From positions 1 through 60,433 of the forward strand of contig CANQHF010000005.1 of the NCBI GenBank assembly GCA_947623685.1: DNA of 60,433 nt. The letters run 5' to 3'. Below are positions 7,804-17,070 of the stretch, one piece after another. The translations under genes and the position numbers were made by a program. Positions within the stretch are counted from its first letter, which is position 1. The number at the start of each line of letters is the position of its first letter. The stretch comes from an uncultured Bacilli bacterium. GTDB lineage: Bacteria; Bacillota_I; Bacilli_A; RF39; UBA660. The notes beneath the pieces are model-generated. The model made no database searches and was not told the DNA's origin. It saw nothing but the letters and a program-made list of their open reading frames with translations.

Positions 7804-8802
7804 CTACTCATCCAAAATTTCTTTATAATTTTTTTCAATTATTTTATCAAAATATTGATAAATGGATTTAAGTAGTTCATTATTAGTATAGTATTTTCTA
7901 TTAAGAATTATTCTTCCATAAAATAATTTACTAATATCATGGTTAACATTTCTTTTTATTCCATCGCTACTTACAATAACATTAAATAAATATAAAGTAT
8001 AAGTTATTTGTCTTATTCTTGAATTTTTTAGTTTATTATCTCGATTTTCTTTTCCTATACCACAATCTTTTAGGTAGTTAATAATTAAAATATCTGGTCT
8101 ATGGGTATTATCTTTTTTATCAAGGTCGGATAATACACAAGAATTATGAGCTACTGCATTTCTAAGTTTATTTACTTCTCTTAAAATAAATACATATTTT
8201 TTATCTTCTAAATTATAATGAGCAGTAAAAAATTCAAAAAAGTTTATCAATTCTCCAAAAGTTATTATTTCTAAAAACTCCCATATTGGAATATTTTCAA
8301 GTTTTTTATCTTTATCTAAATCATACTTTGAAAATATTTTTTTATAATATTCATTAGATACTTTCTTCATAATACTATCATGCACTCTTTTAGGAAACTG
8401 TTCATCATTATAATCTTTATCAAGATATAAATTTACAATATTGTATCCGTCTTCTTCATCTATTTCCTCAATACTATTTAATATTCTAATCTTTAAATAA
8501 TGTTCAATATCAATTATCATTTTAAATAGCACAATTCTAGTTCTATAATCTATAATTGATAAGTCTTTCAAGTAAGCAAAATCTAAATCAATATATTTAC
8601 CTGTTGATTCCCCACATTGATATTTAATAAAATTATTTTTATATGATGTTACATTAAAATAATTATTATTTTCTCTAAGATATTGTTCAGCATCTTGTTC
8701 TTTGCATTCTTCAAATTTAATATTTTTTTGTTTTAAATATGGAACCATTTCAGAAATTTTCATCATGGGTCTTAAAGTATTTGTATTAATATTTTCAATC
8801 AT
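7804..8802 (-). CDS. Abi_2 (AbiD/AbiF-like) abortive-infection family protein with HEPN-type Rx4H motif
   Basis: AEQYLRENNNYFNVTSYKNNF, IDYRTRIVLFKMIIDIEHYLK and LRNAVAH (R-x4-H); RBS gaaggtga. Confidence 0.8.
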   Translation of the reverse strand: MIENINTNTLRPMMKISEMVPYLKQKNIKFEECKEQDAEQYLRENNNYFNVTSYKNNFIKYQCGESTGKYIDLDFAYLKDLSIIDYRTRIVLFKMIIDIEHYLKIRILNSIEEIDEEDGYNIVNLYLDKDYNDEQFPKRVHDSIMKKVSNEYYKKIFSKYDLDKDKKLENIPIWEFLEIITFGELINFFEFFTAHYNLEDKKYVFILREVNKLRNAVAHNSCVLSDLDKKDNTHRPDILIINYLKDCGIGKENRDNKLKNSRIRQITYTLYLFNVIVSSDGIKRNVNHDISKLFYGRIILNRKYYTNNELLKSIYQYFDKIIEKNYKEILDE

Positions 8803-8867
8803 GATATCACCTTCTTTTAGTAGATATTATAATATTTTCAAAGCTTTATTGTATATTACTTTATATA

Positions 8868-9173
8868 TTATTCAGATGTTTTGTCATTTTCATTAGCTAA
8901 TTGTATTTTCATTGACTCATCTATTGATGAAAATAACTCACTTACCTTTTCATATATTGGATAACATATTTTGTCTTCTTTCTTATCATCAGCAGTAGTA
9001 CAATCAACAATCTCAAATGAATCGTTTATTGAATATTCATTGAAAAATTGTGTATAAAGTTCTAAACCATTAAGCATTTTTTCTTTCTCATCAATTACAA
9101 TTTTATTATCTTTATCTACTTCTTTAAAAATATATTTATTGTCTTTTTTTATAAAATTAATTATTCTTTTCAT
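8868..9173 (-). CDS. hypothetical 101-aa acidic protein, translationally coupled to the upstream PHP-ATPase gene
   Basis: Start overlaps the last 17 nt of 9157..11532; 65-nt gap to the Abi_2 gene; no recognisable motif. Confidence 0.55.
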   Translation of the reverse strand: MKRIINFIKKDNKYIFKEVDKDNKIVIDEKEKMLNGLELYTQFFNEYSINDSFEIVDCTTADDKKEDKICYPIYEKVSELFSSIDESMKIQLANENDKTSE

Positions 9174-11532
9174 ATTTTTTATACCTTTCTTTAAGTGAAT
9201 CTATTCCACCCTCTATATTATCAGCAATAATTTTTAGCATATCTATTTTATCATCTTTATATTCCAAAGCACCACTTTCTATACTAATTTTTTCAGTTTC
9301 TTCATCTTTTTTCATAAATATAACATTATCAACATCTAAATTAATAATAAATTGTGGATTGTGTGTTATTAGTATTACTTGCCTATGATCAGAAATTTTT
9401 TTAAAATCTTTTAAAAGTCTCTTTTTAATTGATGGCTGAGAAACATCATCTTCAGGTTGATCAATTATATATAATCCTGTATTTTTAATATCATTAGATA
9501 GTAATTCAAAATATATTTGAGCATTTGCACCAGATGATAGTTCTTTTGTTACATCCGAATCTTTAGCATTATTTATACAATTTCTTATTTTTAAATCTTT
9601 ATTTAATTTTTCAATTAATTTTAATTTATAATAATTCAAAATATCATCAGGCATATTCTCTCCAGTTTTAATATTTTCTTTAAACTCATCAGGGTCAACT
9701 AAAGATAAATTGATTATTCTTTTTTTATAATTAGCTTGTAATTGACTAACTAACAATTCAAATATATAGTTAGAGTCAATTTTAGTAACATCTGATTTAC
9801 ATATAAATCTATATTCCCCATTACTATTTATTTCTGGTTTTAGTTTAATTTCATCAAAATTTAAATTAAACTTTGTTTCATTTTCATTAAGTTTAATTAA
9901 ATTACATATTATTTTAGATAATTGAATGAACTTTAAATTATATGATTCTCTTTGTTTTTGTTCTTCAGTTTTTGTATTTTCCAACTCTGTATTAAAAACT
10001 GTTATTTTATTATTTATTATTGTTACTTTTTTCTCTTCTAATTTGATTTTTTCTACTAAATCTTGATATTTATCTTTTAATTTTTTCAAAAAGCATGAAT
10101 ATTGTTTGATTTTATTTAATTCTTTTTCATCTAACAACTTATTTTTTGATAACTCATCATTAAGTGTAATTAATTGAGAAATGTTTAAAACAAGATTTTT
10201 ATAGTTAGCTTCATTGGCCTTTAAGTCAATATCAATTGGAAGAACCTGCAACGATATTGAAATTTCTTCGTGCAATTCAAATGAAATATTTCCTAATTTA
10301 GCTTTTTCTGATTTTATTTTTTCCTTATTTTTTATAAAATTAATGAATTCATCTATCTTTTTTTCTACTTTTTGTTTTTCTAAAAAATAATTAGGTTCAA
10401 TAGGATAATATTCATTTATAAAATCCTTAGATTTTGTCTTATTATTTGTAAATATATCTCTTATACTTCCTTGTTTATCAAAATGCCTTATATTTTCTGG
10501 AGAAATTTTAGTAATAACATCAATTTTATTTTCTTTTAAGTAGTTATCATAAGCAGTTATCAATTTTTTATCAGAAGATATTTCTCTATAATCTGTCATT
10601 TTGTGCAAAAGTAAAGATTTTCCAATAGAATTATCTCCTATTATTGCATTAATTCCTCTTGACAATTCTATTTCATTTTTGCATCCATCTATAGTAATTT
10701 CTATTTTATCAATTGGAGAATTAGTAGAAAAAAAACTACTAACGCCAATTTTTATTCTACGTGAATCAGTAATTGCCATCATTACCCCTCTAAATGTTGG
10801 AAGACATTTAAAATAACTAAATTCAAAATCTCCATCATTTGTTTTTTCAGGATAATCATTCCAATTATGACAGTCACTTCCAGTAATAAATTGCATATTT
10901 TTCAATCTAGGTTTTTGATTTTCTATATAAGATTTATTAAATATTTCATTTCTTTTGTTTTTGAATTCATAAGCTTCAAAATAATCAATAAAAACAAAAT
11001 CTTCTAACGATTTAATTCCAATACTATTTACATCATGTTTTCTAACTTTAGAACTACTGAGACTCTCTTTTTGATGAGCAATCAAAATAACATCAAGGCC
11101 AATTTTTCTCAATATACTAATAAATTTTTCTTCTGAAAAAGCATTTTCTAAATCATACAATGGTTTGTTTATTTCCTTATTAAAAATATCAGATTGAATT
11201 GATTGTAAATTAGAATTACTATTATCATTAAATAATGCTATGATATGCAAAACTTCACTCTCAATTTTCACACTAAATTCAATACCAGGCAATACTTTTT
11301 TTATACAATTATCAATTAATTCTTGTTCTTTTAATTTTATATATAGATTATAATCAAAATTATCATGATCAGTAATTGAAACCATATTTACTTCGTTTTC
11401 AACTAATTTAGAAATTAAAATTGGAAGATTTTCTATTGTACCATCACTAACAATTTTTTTATCTTTATGATTAGAAGAAATCGAATGAATATGAAAATCA
11501 ACTTTTAAGGGTTTTTTTACAATTTTTTCCAT
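9157..11532 (-). CDS. PHP-domain phosphoesterase fused to an ABC/SMC-like (OLD/AAA_15-type) ATPase with a long coiled-coil insertion
   Basis: PHP motifs DFHIHS, ITDHDN, GIEFS, LHIIAL, IAHQ, GSDCH in the first roughly 230 aa; Walker A GDNSIGKS; about 300 aa K/E/L-rich coiled-coil; signature-like SSGANAQ; Walker B LYIIDQPEDD; H-loop ILITHNP. Confidence 0.8.
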   Translation of the reverse strand: MEKIVKKPLKVDFHIHSISSNHKDKKIVSDGTIENLPILISKLVENEVNMVSITDHDNFDYNLYIKLKEQELIDNCIKKVLPGIEFSVKIESEVLHIIALFNDNSNSNLQSIQSDIFNKEINKPLYDLENAFSEEKFISILRKIGLDVILIAHQKESLSSSKVRKHDVNSIGIKSLEDFVFIDYFEAYEFKNKRNEIFNKSYIENQKPRLKNMQFITGSDCHNWNDYPEKTNDGDFEFSYFKCLPTFRGVMMAITDSRRIKIGVSSFFSTNSPIDKIEITIDGCKNEIELSRGINAIIGDNSIGKSLLLHKMTDYREISSDKKLITAYDNYLKENKIDVITKISPENIRHFDKQGSIRDIFTNNKTKSKDFINEYYPIEPNYFLEKQKVEKKIDEFINFIKNKEKIKSEKAKLGNISFELHEEISISLQVLPIDIDLKANEANYKNLVLNISQLITLNDELSKNKLLDEKELNKIKQYSCFLKKLKDKYQDLVEKIKLEEKKVTIINNKITVFNTELENTKTEEQKQRESYNLKFIQLSKIICNLIKLNENETKFNLNFDEIKLKPEINSNGEYRFICKSDVTKIDSNYIFELLVSQLQANYKKRIINLSLVDPDEFKENIKTGENMPDDILNYYKLKLIEKLNKDLKIRNCINNAKDSDVTKELSSGANAQIYFELLSNDIKNTGLYIIDQPEDDVSQPSIKKRLLKDFKKISDHRQVILITHNPQFIINLDVDNVIFMKKDEETEKISIESGALEYKDDKIDMLKIIADNIEGGIDSLKERYKKYEKNN

Positions 11533-11585
11533 ATTATTCCAACTTTCTAATTTATTATTTTAACATATTTATTTATTAATTTTAA

Positions 11586-12457
11586 TCAATTTTTAAATTT
11601 TTTATTAATAAAATTTTTATAATAACTAATGGCATCAATAATATATTGCTCAATATACCTTTTATCTCTTTTCAATAATTCTTTTGGTAAGACCGATTCT
11701 ATTTTTTCTTTGTTAAACGAAATTTTGTCATTTTGGTTTCCTTTTTTCTCTAGCAATATATTTTCTACCATATCAAAAGTTAATTTTTTCTTTTCACTTA
11801 TTTTTCTAATTTTTAAGGCTTGAGCATAACTTGGTGTAACTTCTTCATAAGTAATTGTAAAATATACTAATTCTTGAGCATCTTTTGCTAGATAAGAAAG
11901 TTCAACAGCGGTAGTTATTCCTAAAGTTAAAATACTTCTCTTATCATAAATAACCGTATCATCAACAATTTTTAGTAGTTCGGGTATCAAATAAGTCAGT
12001 CTTATATACCTTCGTACTTGTTCTCGGGATTCTCCGCTAACTTTAGATATTAATTCAACTGATGTTAACTTCTGCACATCCTGTGTAGAAGTTTTTTCCC
12101 TTGATGTTTAATTGCCTCTAATTTCATTTTATAAGCAAATGCTTTTTCTGATGGTAAAATTTTATTTCGATAAATATTAGAATCTACCATGTAAATAGTA
12201 GCTTCATCATCATTTAATTCTTCAATATAACAATCAGCCTCATAAATTCCATTTATTTCTAATGCTAATTTTCTTCTATGGCCTGATATCATTTCAAATC
12301 TTCCGTTTTCTTTTCTTCTTACCACTAATGGATTTAACAATCCATTTTCTTTAATGCTATTTCTTAATTCATTTAATGCCTCATCTTTTTCTACTCTAAA
12401 AGGATGATTTTTAAAAGAATCTATCATTCTTAAATCTATTTTTATTATTTCTTTCAT
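11586..12457 (-). pseudogene. ParB/Srx-like nuclease-domain plus HTH protein split by a frameshift in an A6 run
   Basis: ORF 12065..12457 carries the ParB N-domain (LNPLVVRR, ISGHRRKLA) and ends ...KHQGKKLLHRMCRS*. ORF 11586..12077 continues in another frame with QKLTSVELISKVSGESREQVRRYIRL. One extra A in the run (T6 at 12092..12097 on +) would give KHQGKKTSTQDVQKLTS. Confidence 0.7.
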
Positions 12458-12885
12458 CTATTCTCCTTCTTTCAATTCATAGCTAAGTTTCCATTCAAGA
12501 TATTTTTCATAAGACAATTCTCTTGAATCTCTTAACTTTTTCATTTTTTCCCATTCTTCCATAAATTTTAAAATCAAATTATCTCTATCATTACGAAAGT
12601 ATTCTGAAATTGCAAAATCTATATTCATTTTAGGAAATAACTCTTCTAACCATAATAGAAAATAAATTATATCTTCAGATCTGTCAAAGTTATATTTTCG
12701 AATACAATTAATATTAACATTTAGTATATTAGCTATTTCTAAAAGTCTATCTTCTTTGGGAACTCTTTCACCACTTTCATATCTTGCCATTTCTCTTCTC
12801 TTATTTTCCTTTTTCATTCCTAACTTTTCCGCAACCTCTTCTTGTGTTAATCCTCTAATTCATGTCTAAAATATATTCTTCTCAT
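12458..12885 (-). pseudogene. XRE-family HTH regulator with a 1-nt frameshift near its 5' end
   Basis: ATG at 12885 gives MRRIYFRHELED*. The next frame continues (I)RGLTQEEVAEKLGMKKENKRREMARYESGERVPKEDRLLEIANILNV, a canonical HTH_3 pattern. The ORF-track ORF 12458..12817 starts at an internal Met and lacks helix 1-2. Confidence 0.65.
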
Positions 12886-13032
12886 TTATAATAATCTCCT
12901 CTCTTTTACATTAAATATTTTTTAAGACAAAAACTAAGACATCATTATCATAACTTATTTAGATTGAATTAAAAAATTATTTATCGCATTTTTTCACCTC
13001 CTTAAATTTGTCGCAAAAAGCACATTTTTTAA

Positions 13033-13067
13033 CAAAAAAAGACCAAGATTATTTAAAATCTCAGTCT
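13033..13067 (-). terminator. probable ppdK terminator
   Basis: Minus strand AGACTGAGATT-ttaaat-AATCTTGGTCT followed by T7. Confidence 0.5.
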
Positions 13068-13186
13068 AAATTGAATTTATATAATTATTTTTTTGAGTCA
13101 CTTAATTTTAACTCTAATCTCCATAAAATCTTATAACATCATTATTATAAGTAATTATTTGAATAAATGTAGAACGCCTTTACGGA

Positions 13187-15820
13187 CTATTTGTTCTCCT
13201 TTTCGCGTATAGCTGCTTGAGCTGCTGCAAGTCTTGCAATAGGTACTCTAAATGGAGAGCATGATACATAGTCTAAACCTATGTTATTACAGAATTCAAC
13301 TGATGAAGGATCTCCACCGTGTTCACCACAAATACCAATGTGTAAGTTTGGATTAACTGGCTTACCTAATTTAATTGCGGTTTCCATTAATTTACCTACA
13401 CCCGTTTGATCTAGTTTTGCAAATGGATCATTTTCAAAGATTTTAGTATCATAATAAGCATTTAAGAACTTACCTGCATCATCTCTTGAGAATCCATAAG
13501 TCATTTGTGTTAAATCGTTAGTACCAAAGCAGAAGAAATCAGCTTCTTTTGCGATTTCATCAGCGGTTAGTGCTGCTCTTGGTATTTCTATCATTGTACC
13601 TACTTCGTACTCTAAATTAATACCTGAAGAAGCTATTTCACTATCAGCTGTTTCAACAACGATTTTCTTAACGTATTTTAATTCTTTAACATCACATACA
13701 AGTGGAATCATTATTTCTGGTTTAACGTTCCAATCTGGATGTTTTTTCTTAGTGTTAATTGCTGCTCTTATAACAGCTTTAGTTTGCATTTTAGCAATTT
13801 CTGGATAAGTAACTGCAAGACGACATCCTCTATGTCCCATCATTGGATTAAATTCATGAAGTGAAGCAATAATTGCTTTTATTTGTTCAACTGATTTACC
13901 TTGAGCATCTGCTAATTTTTTAATATCAGCTTCTTCAGTTGGAACAAATTCATGTAATGGTGGATCAAGATATCTAATCGTTACAGGGAATCCTTCTAAA
14001 GCTTCATATAAAGCTTCGAAATCACCTTGTTGATAAGGTAAAATCTTATCTAATGCAGCTTCTCTTTCTTTGGCGGTATCAGCACAAATCATTTCTCTAA
14101 ACGCTGCAATTCTATCTTCTTCAAAGAACATGTGTTCAGTACGGCAAAGTCCAATACCTTCTGCTCCTAATTCACGAGCTTTTTTAGCATCAGTTGGAGT
14201 ATCAGCGTTAGTTCTAACCTTTAACGTTCTATACTTATCAGCCCAAGCCATAACACGACCAAATTCACCAGCAATGGTTGCATCAACGGTTGGAATCTTA
14301 CCGTCATAAATATTACCAGTTGAACCATCAATTGAGATATAATCCCCTTCATGATATACCTTACCTGCTAAAGTGAATTTTTTATTTTCTTCATCCATTA
14401 TGATATCGCCACAACCAGATACGCAGCAAGTTCCCATACCACGAGCAACAACAGCAGCGTGACTTGTCATACCACCACGTACGGTTAAAATACCTTGAGA
14501 TGCTTTCATACCAGTAATATCTTCTGGAGAAGTTTCAAGTCTTACTAATACTACTTTTTCACCCTTATCAGCCCAAGTAGTAGCATCTTCTGCAGTAAAT
14601 ACTATTCTACCACAAGCAGCACCTGGAGATGCACCAAGACCTTTACCAGCTGGAGTAGCTTCTTTTAAAGCTTTTGCATCAAATTGTGGGTGAAGTAATG
14701 TATCTAAGTTACGAGGGTCAATCATCGTAACAGCTTCTTCTTCACTACGCATACCTTCATCTACTAGATCGCAAGCTATTTTTAAAGCAGCTTGAGCGGT
14801 TCTTTTACCATTTCTTGTTTGAAGCATATATAATTTTCCGTGTTCAACGGTAAATTCCATATCTTGCATATCTCTATAATGTTCTTCTAGGGTTTTACAT
14901 ACTTCTTTGAATTGTTTAAATGCTTCTGGAAATTTTTCTTCCATTTCAGTAATATGCATTGGAGTTCTAACACCCGCAACAACATCTTCACCTTGAGCGT
15001 TAGTTAAGAATTCACCAAATAAGCCTTTTTCACCAGTTGCTGGGTCACGGGTAAATGCAACACCAGTTCCGCAATCATCACCCATATTACCAAATGCCAT
15101 AGCTTGTACGTTTACAGCAGTTCCCCATGAATATGGAATATCATTATCCCTTCTATAAACGTTAGCTCTTGGATTATCCCATGATCTAAATACCGCCTTA
15201 ACAGCGCCCATTAATTGTTCTTTTGGATCATCTGGGAAATCTTTACCTATTTTAGATTTATATTCAGCCTTAAATTGTCTTGCTAATTCTTTTAAATCAT
15301 CGGCATCTAATTCAACGTCTTGCTTAACACCTTTTTTAGCTTTCATTTCATCGATAAGTTGTTCAAAATATTTTTTACCAACTTCCATAACTACGTCTGA
15401 ATACATTTGAATAAATCTTCTATAACAATCCCAAGCCCATCTTGGATTATTAGACTTTTCAGCAATAACGTTTACAACATCTTCATTAAGTCCTAAATTA
15501 AGAATAGTATCCATCATACCAGGCATAGATGCTCTAGCTCCTGATCTTACAGAAACTAAAAGTGGATTTTCTTTATCTCCAAATTTCTTTCCGGTTATTT
15601 CTTCCATTTTTTCTATGTACTCATCAATTTGAGATCTTATTTCATCATTAATTTCTCTTCCATCTTCATAATACTGAGTACAAGCTTCAGTTGTGATAGT
15701 GAAACCTTGAGGTACAGGAAGACCAATATTAGTCATTTCCGCTAAATTAGCACCTTTACCACCAAGAAGGTTTCTCATATTTGCGTTTCCTTCTTTAAAA
15801 AGGTAAACCCATTTTGTCAT
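13187..15820 (-). CDS. ppdK: pyruvate, phosphate dikinase
   Basis: MTKWVYLFKEG..GGKGANLAEM, GGMTSHAAVVARG phospho-His motif, CGEHGGDP C-terminal domain; ATG at 15820 with AGGAGG SD preferred over the upstream Met at 15877. Confidence 0.95.
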   Translation of the reverse strand: MTKWVYLFKEGNANMRNLLGGKGANLAEMTNIGLPVPQGFTITTEACTQYYEDGREINDEIRSQIDEYIEKMEEITGKKFGDKENPLLVSVRSGARASMPGMMDTILNLGLNEDVVNVIAEKSNNPRWAWDCYRRFIQMYSDVVMEVGKKYFEQLIDEMKAKKGVKQDVELDADDLKELARQFKAEYKSKIGKDFPDDPKEQLMGAVKAVFRSWDNPRANVYRRDNDIPYSWGTAVNVQAMAFGNMGDDCGTGVAFTRDPATGEKGLFGEFLTNAQGEDVVAGVRTPMHITEMEEKFPEAFKQFKEVCKTLEEHYRDMQDMEFTVEHGKLYMLQTRNGKRTAQAALKIACDLVDEGMRSEEEAVTMIDPRNLDTLLHPQFDAKALKEATPAGKGLGASPGAACGRIVFTAEDATTWADKGEKVVLVRLETSPEDITGMKASQGILTVRGGMTSHAAVVARGMGTCCVSGCGDIIMDEENKKFTLAGKVYHEGDYISIDGSTGNIYDGKIPTVDATIAGEFGRVMAWADKYRTLKVRTNADTPTDAKKARELGAEGIGLCRTEHMFFEEDRIAAFREMICADTAKEREAALDKILPYQQGDFEALYEALEGFPVTIRYLDPPLHEFVPTEEADIKKLADAQGKSVEQIKAIIASLHEFNPMMGHRGCRLAVTYPEIAKMQTKAVIRAAINTKKKHPDWNVKPEIMIPLVCDVKELKYVKKIVVETADSEIASSGINLEYEVGTMIEIPRAALTADEIAKEADFFCFGTNDLTQMTYGFSRDDAGKFLNAYYDTKIFENDPFAKLDQTGVGKLMETAIKLGKPVNPNLHIGICGEHGGDPSSVEFCNNIGLDYVSCSPFRVPIARLAAAQAAIREKENK

Positions 15821-15921
15821 TAATATTCCTCCTTTTGTTGTCAATATAAGTTTATTATAGCACAAAAAAAATAGCACTTACAACAATAAATGCTATCATT
15901 TTAAAAGATTTTACAACTATG

Positions 15922-16896
15922 TTAAATTTTACCAGATGATTTAATTTTATTTATTATTTCAAAATCCAAACCTGTTATTTCAGAAATCGTTTTATCATCG
16001 AATCCTTTAGACATCATATTTTTTATTATTAATATCTGATTTTGTTTTTTTCCTTCTTCAAGACCTTGCTTTTTACCTTCTTTTATTCCTTCTTCAAGAC
16101 CTTCTTTTATCCCTTCTTTTTTACCTTCTTTTTTACCTTCTTTTATACCCTTTTTCATCCCTTTATTCCATCCGTTTTCTAATGCCGTTCTTATCTGTGT
16201 GTTCCTTACTTTCCTTTTGTGTTCTTCTTCATCATATAACCCCATTAACTCTTCATCTTTACTTATCTCTACTAACTTTTCTCCTACCGGTCTTAATTCT
16301 TGATTCTTTCTTATTAATTCTTCTAACTCTTTACAATTATCTGCCATCATTATCACCAACTTCCCTACTAATTTGTCCTTACTTCTTTCATTATAATACT
16401 TTTCTTTTACATTTGGAAGTATGATGTGATAACTTTCCATATTTACCCCTTCTTTTATTTTTCCTTCTTTATCCATCATCTCAAATTTTATTACTACCCT
16501 TTTATCTGGCTTATATTTATTATAATCATCAAAGTTTATTTGTATTACTTTTTTTATTTCTTTATAATCTTCTTTTTCCTTTAGCATTTGGTTTCTTATC
16601 TTTAACATATAATCATGGTTCCTATCTATTAATCCTTCATAATAATCTTTATTCATCTCTAAATTTATTACTCCTTCCTTTATTTCTACTACCATATCAC
16701 TTATCTTTTTTCTCTCACTTATAGAATTTACCTCATACTCTGGATCTTTTATTCTTATATCCTTTCTTATCCTTTCCTTTGGTAATCCTGTTATTTCTCC
16801 TATTATATCTATTAGATACTCTCTTGCTTCCTTGCTTTTTAACACACTTTTAAACATTTTATCGTATGTCATTGGTATTATTTGTTCTGTTATCAT
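15922..16896 (-). CDS. Rpn-family recombination-promoting nuclease / PD-(D/E)XK putative transposase
   Basis: N-terminal YDKMFKSVL..., D-x-VVEI...INLEMN PD-(D/E)XK-like core, C-terminal (K/I)EG(K/L)(K/E)EG repeat tail typical of this family. Confidence 0.7.
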   Translation of the reverse strand: MITEQIIPMTYDKMFKSVLKSKEAREYLIDIIGEITGLPKERIRKDIRIKDPEYEVNSISERKKISDMVVEIKEGVINLEMNKDYYEGLIDRNHDYMLKIRNQMLKEKEDYKEIKKVIQINFDDYNKYKPDKRVVIKFEMMDKEGKIKEGVNMESYHIILPNVKEKYYNERSKDKLVGKLVIMMADNCKELEELIRKNQELRPVGEKLVEISKDEELMGLYDEEEHKRKVRNTQIRTALENGWNKGMKKGIKEGKKEGKKEGIKEGLEEGIKEGKKQGLEEGKKQNQILIIKNMMSKGFDDKTISEITGLDFEIINKIKSSGKI

Positions 16897-17070
16897 TATA
16901 TTTTCCTCCTTACTTCGAATATTATCACTTTATTTTTCTTATTACAAATTACTAAATCCGTTTTTTTATTACCTTTATTTATACAAAAAAAGACTTTTTG
17001 CTTAGCAAATTGTCTTTTTTTGTTCCTTATTTTTTATTAATTTTTAATTTCTGTTAAATTTTACTTTTTT

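Noticed and set aside
12981-13005. Consensus SD AAGGAGGTG followed by ATG CGA TAA (two-codon ORF)
   Set aside because: It is too short to be a gene. It is probably the orphaned start of a deleted island gene and is noted only as further evidence of decay.
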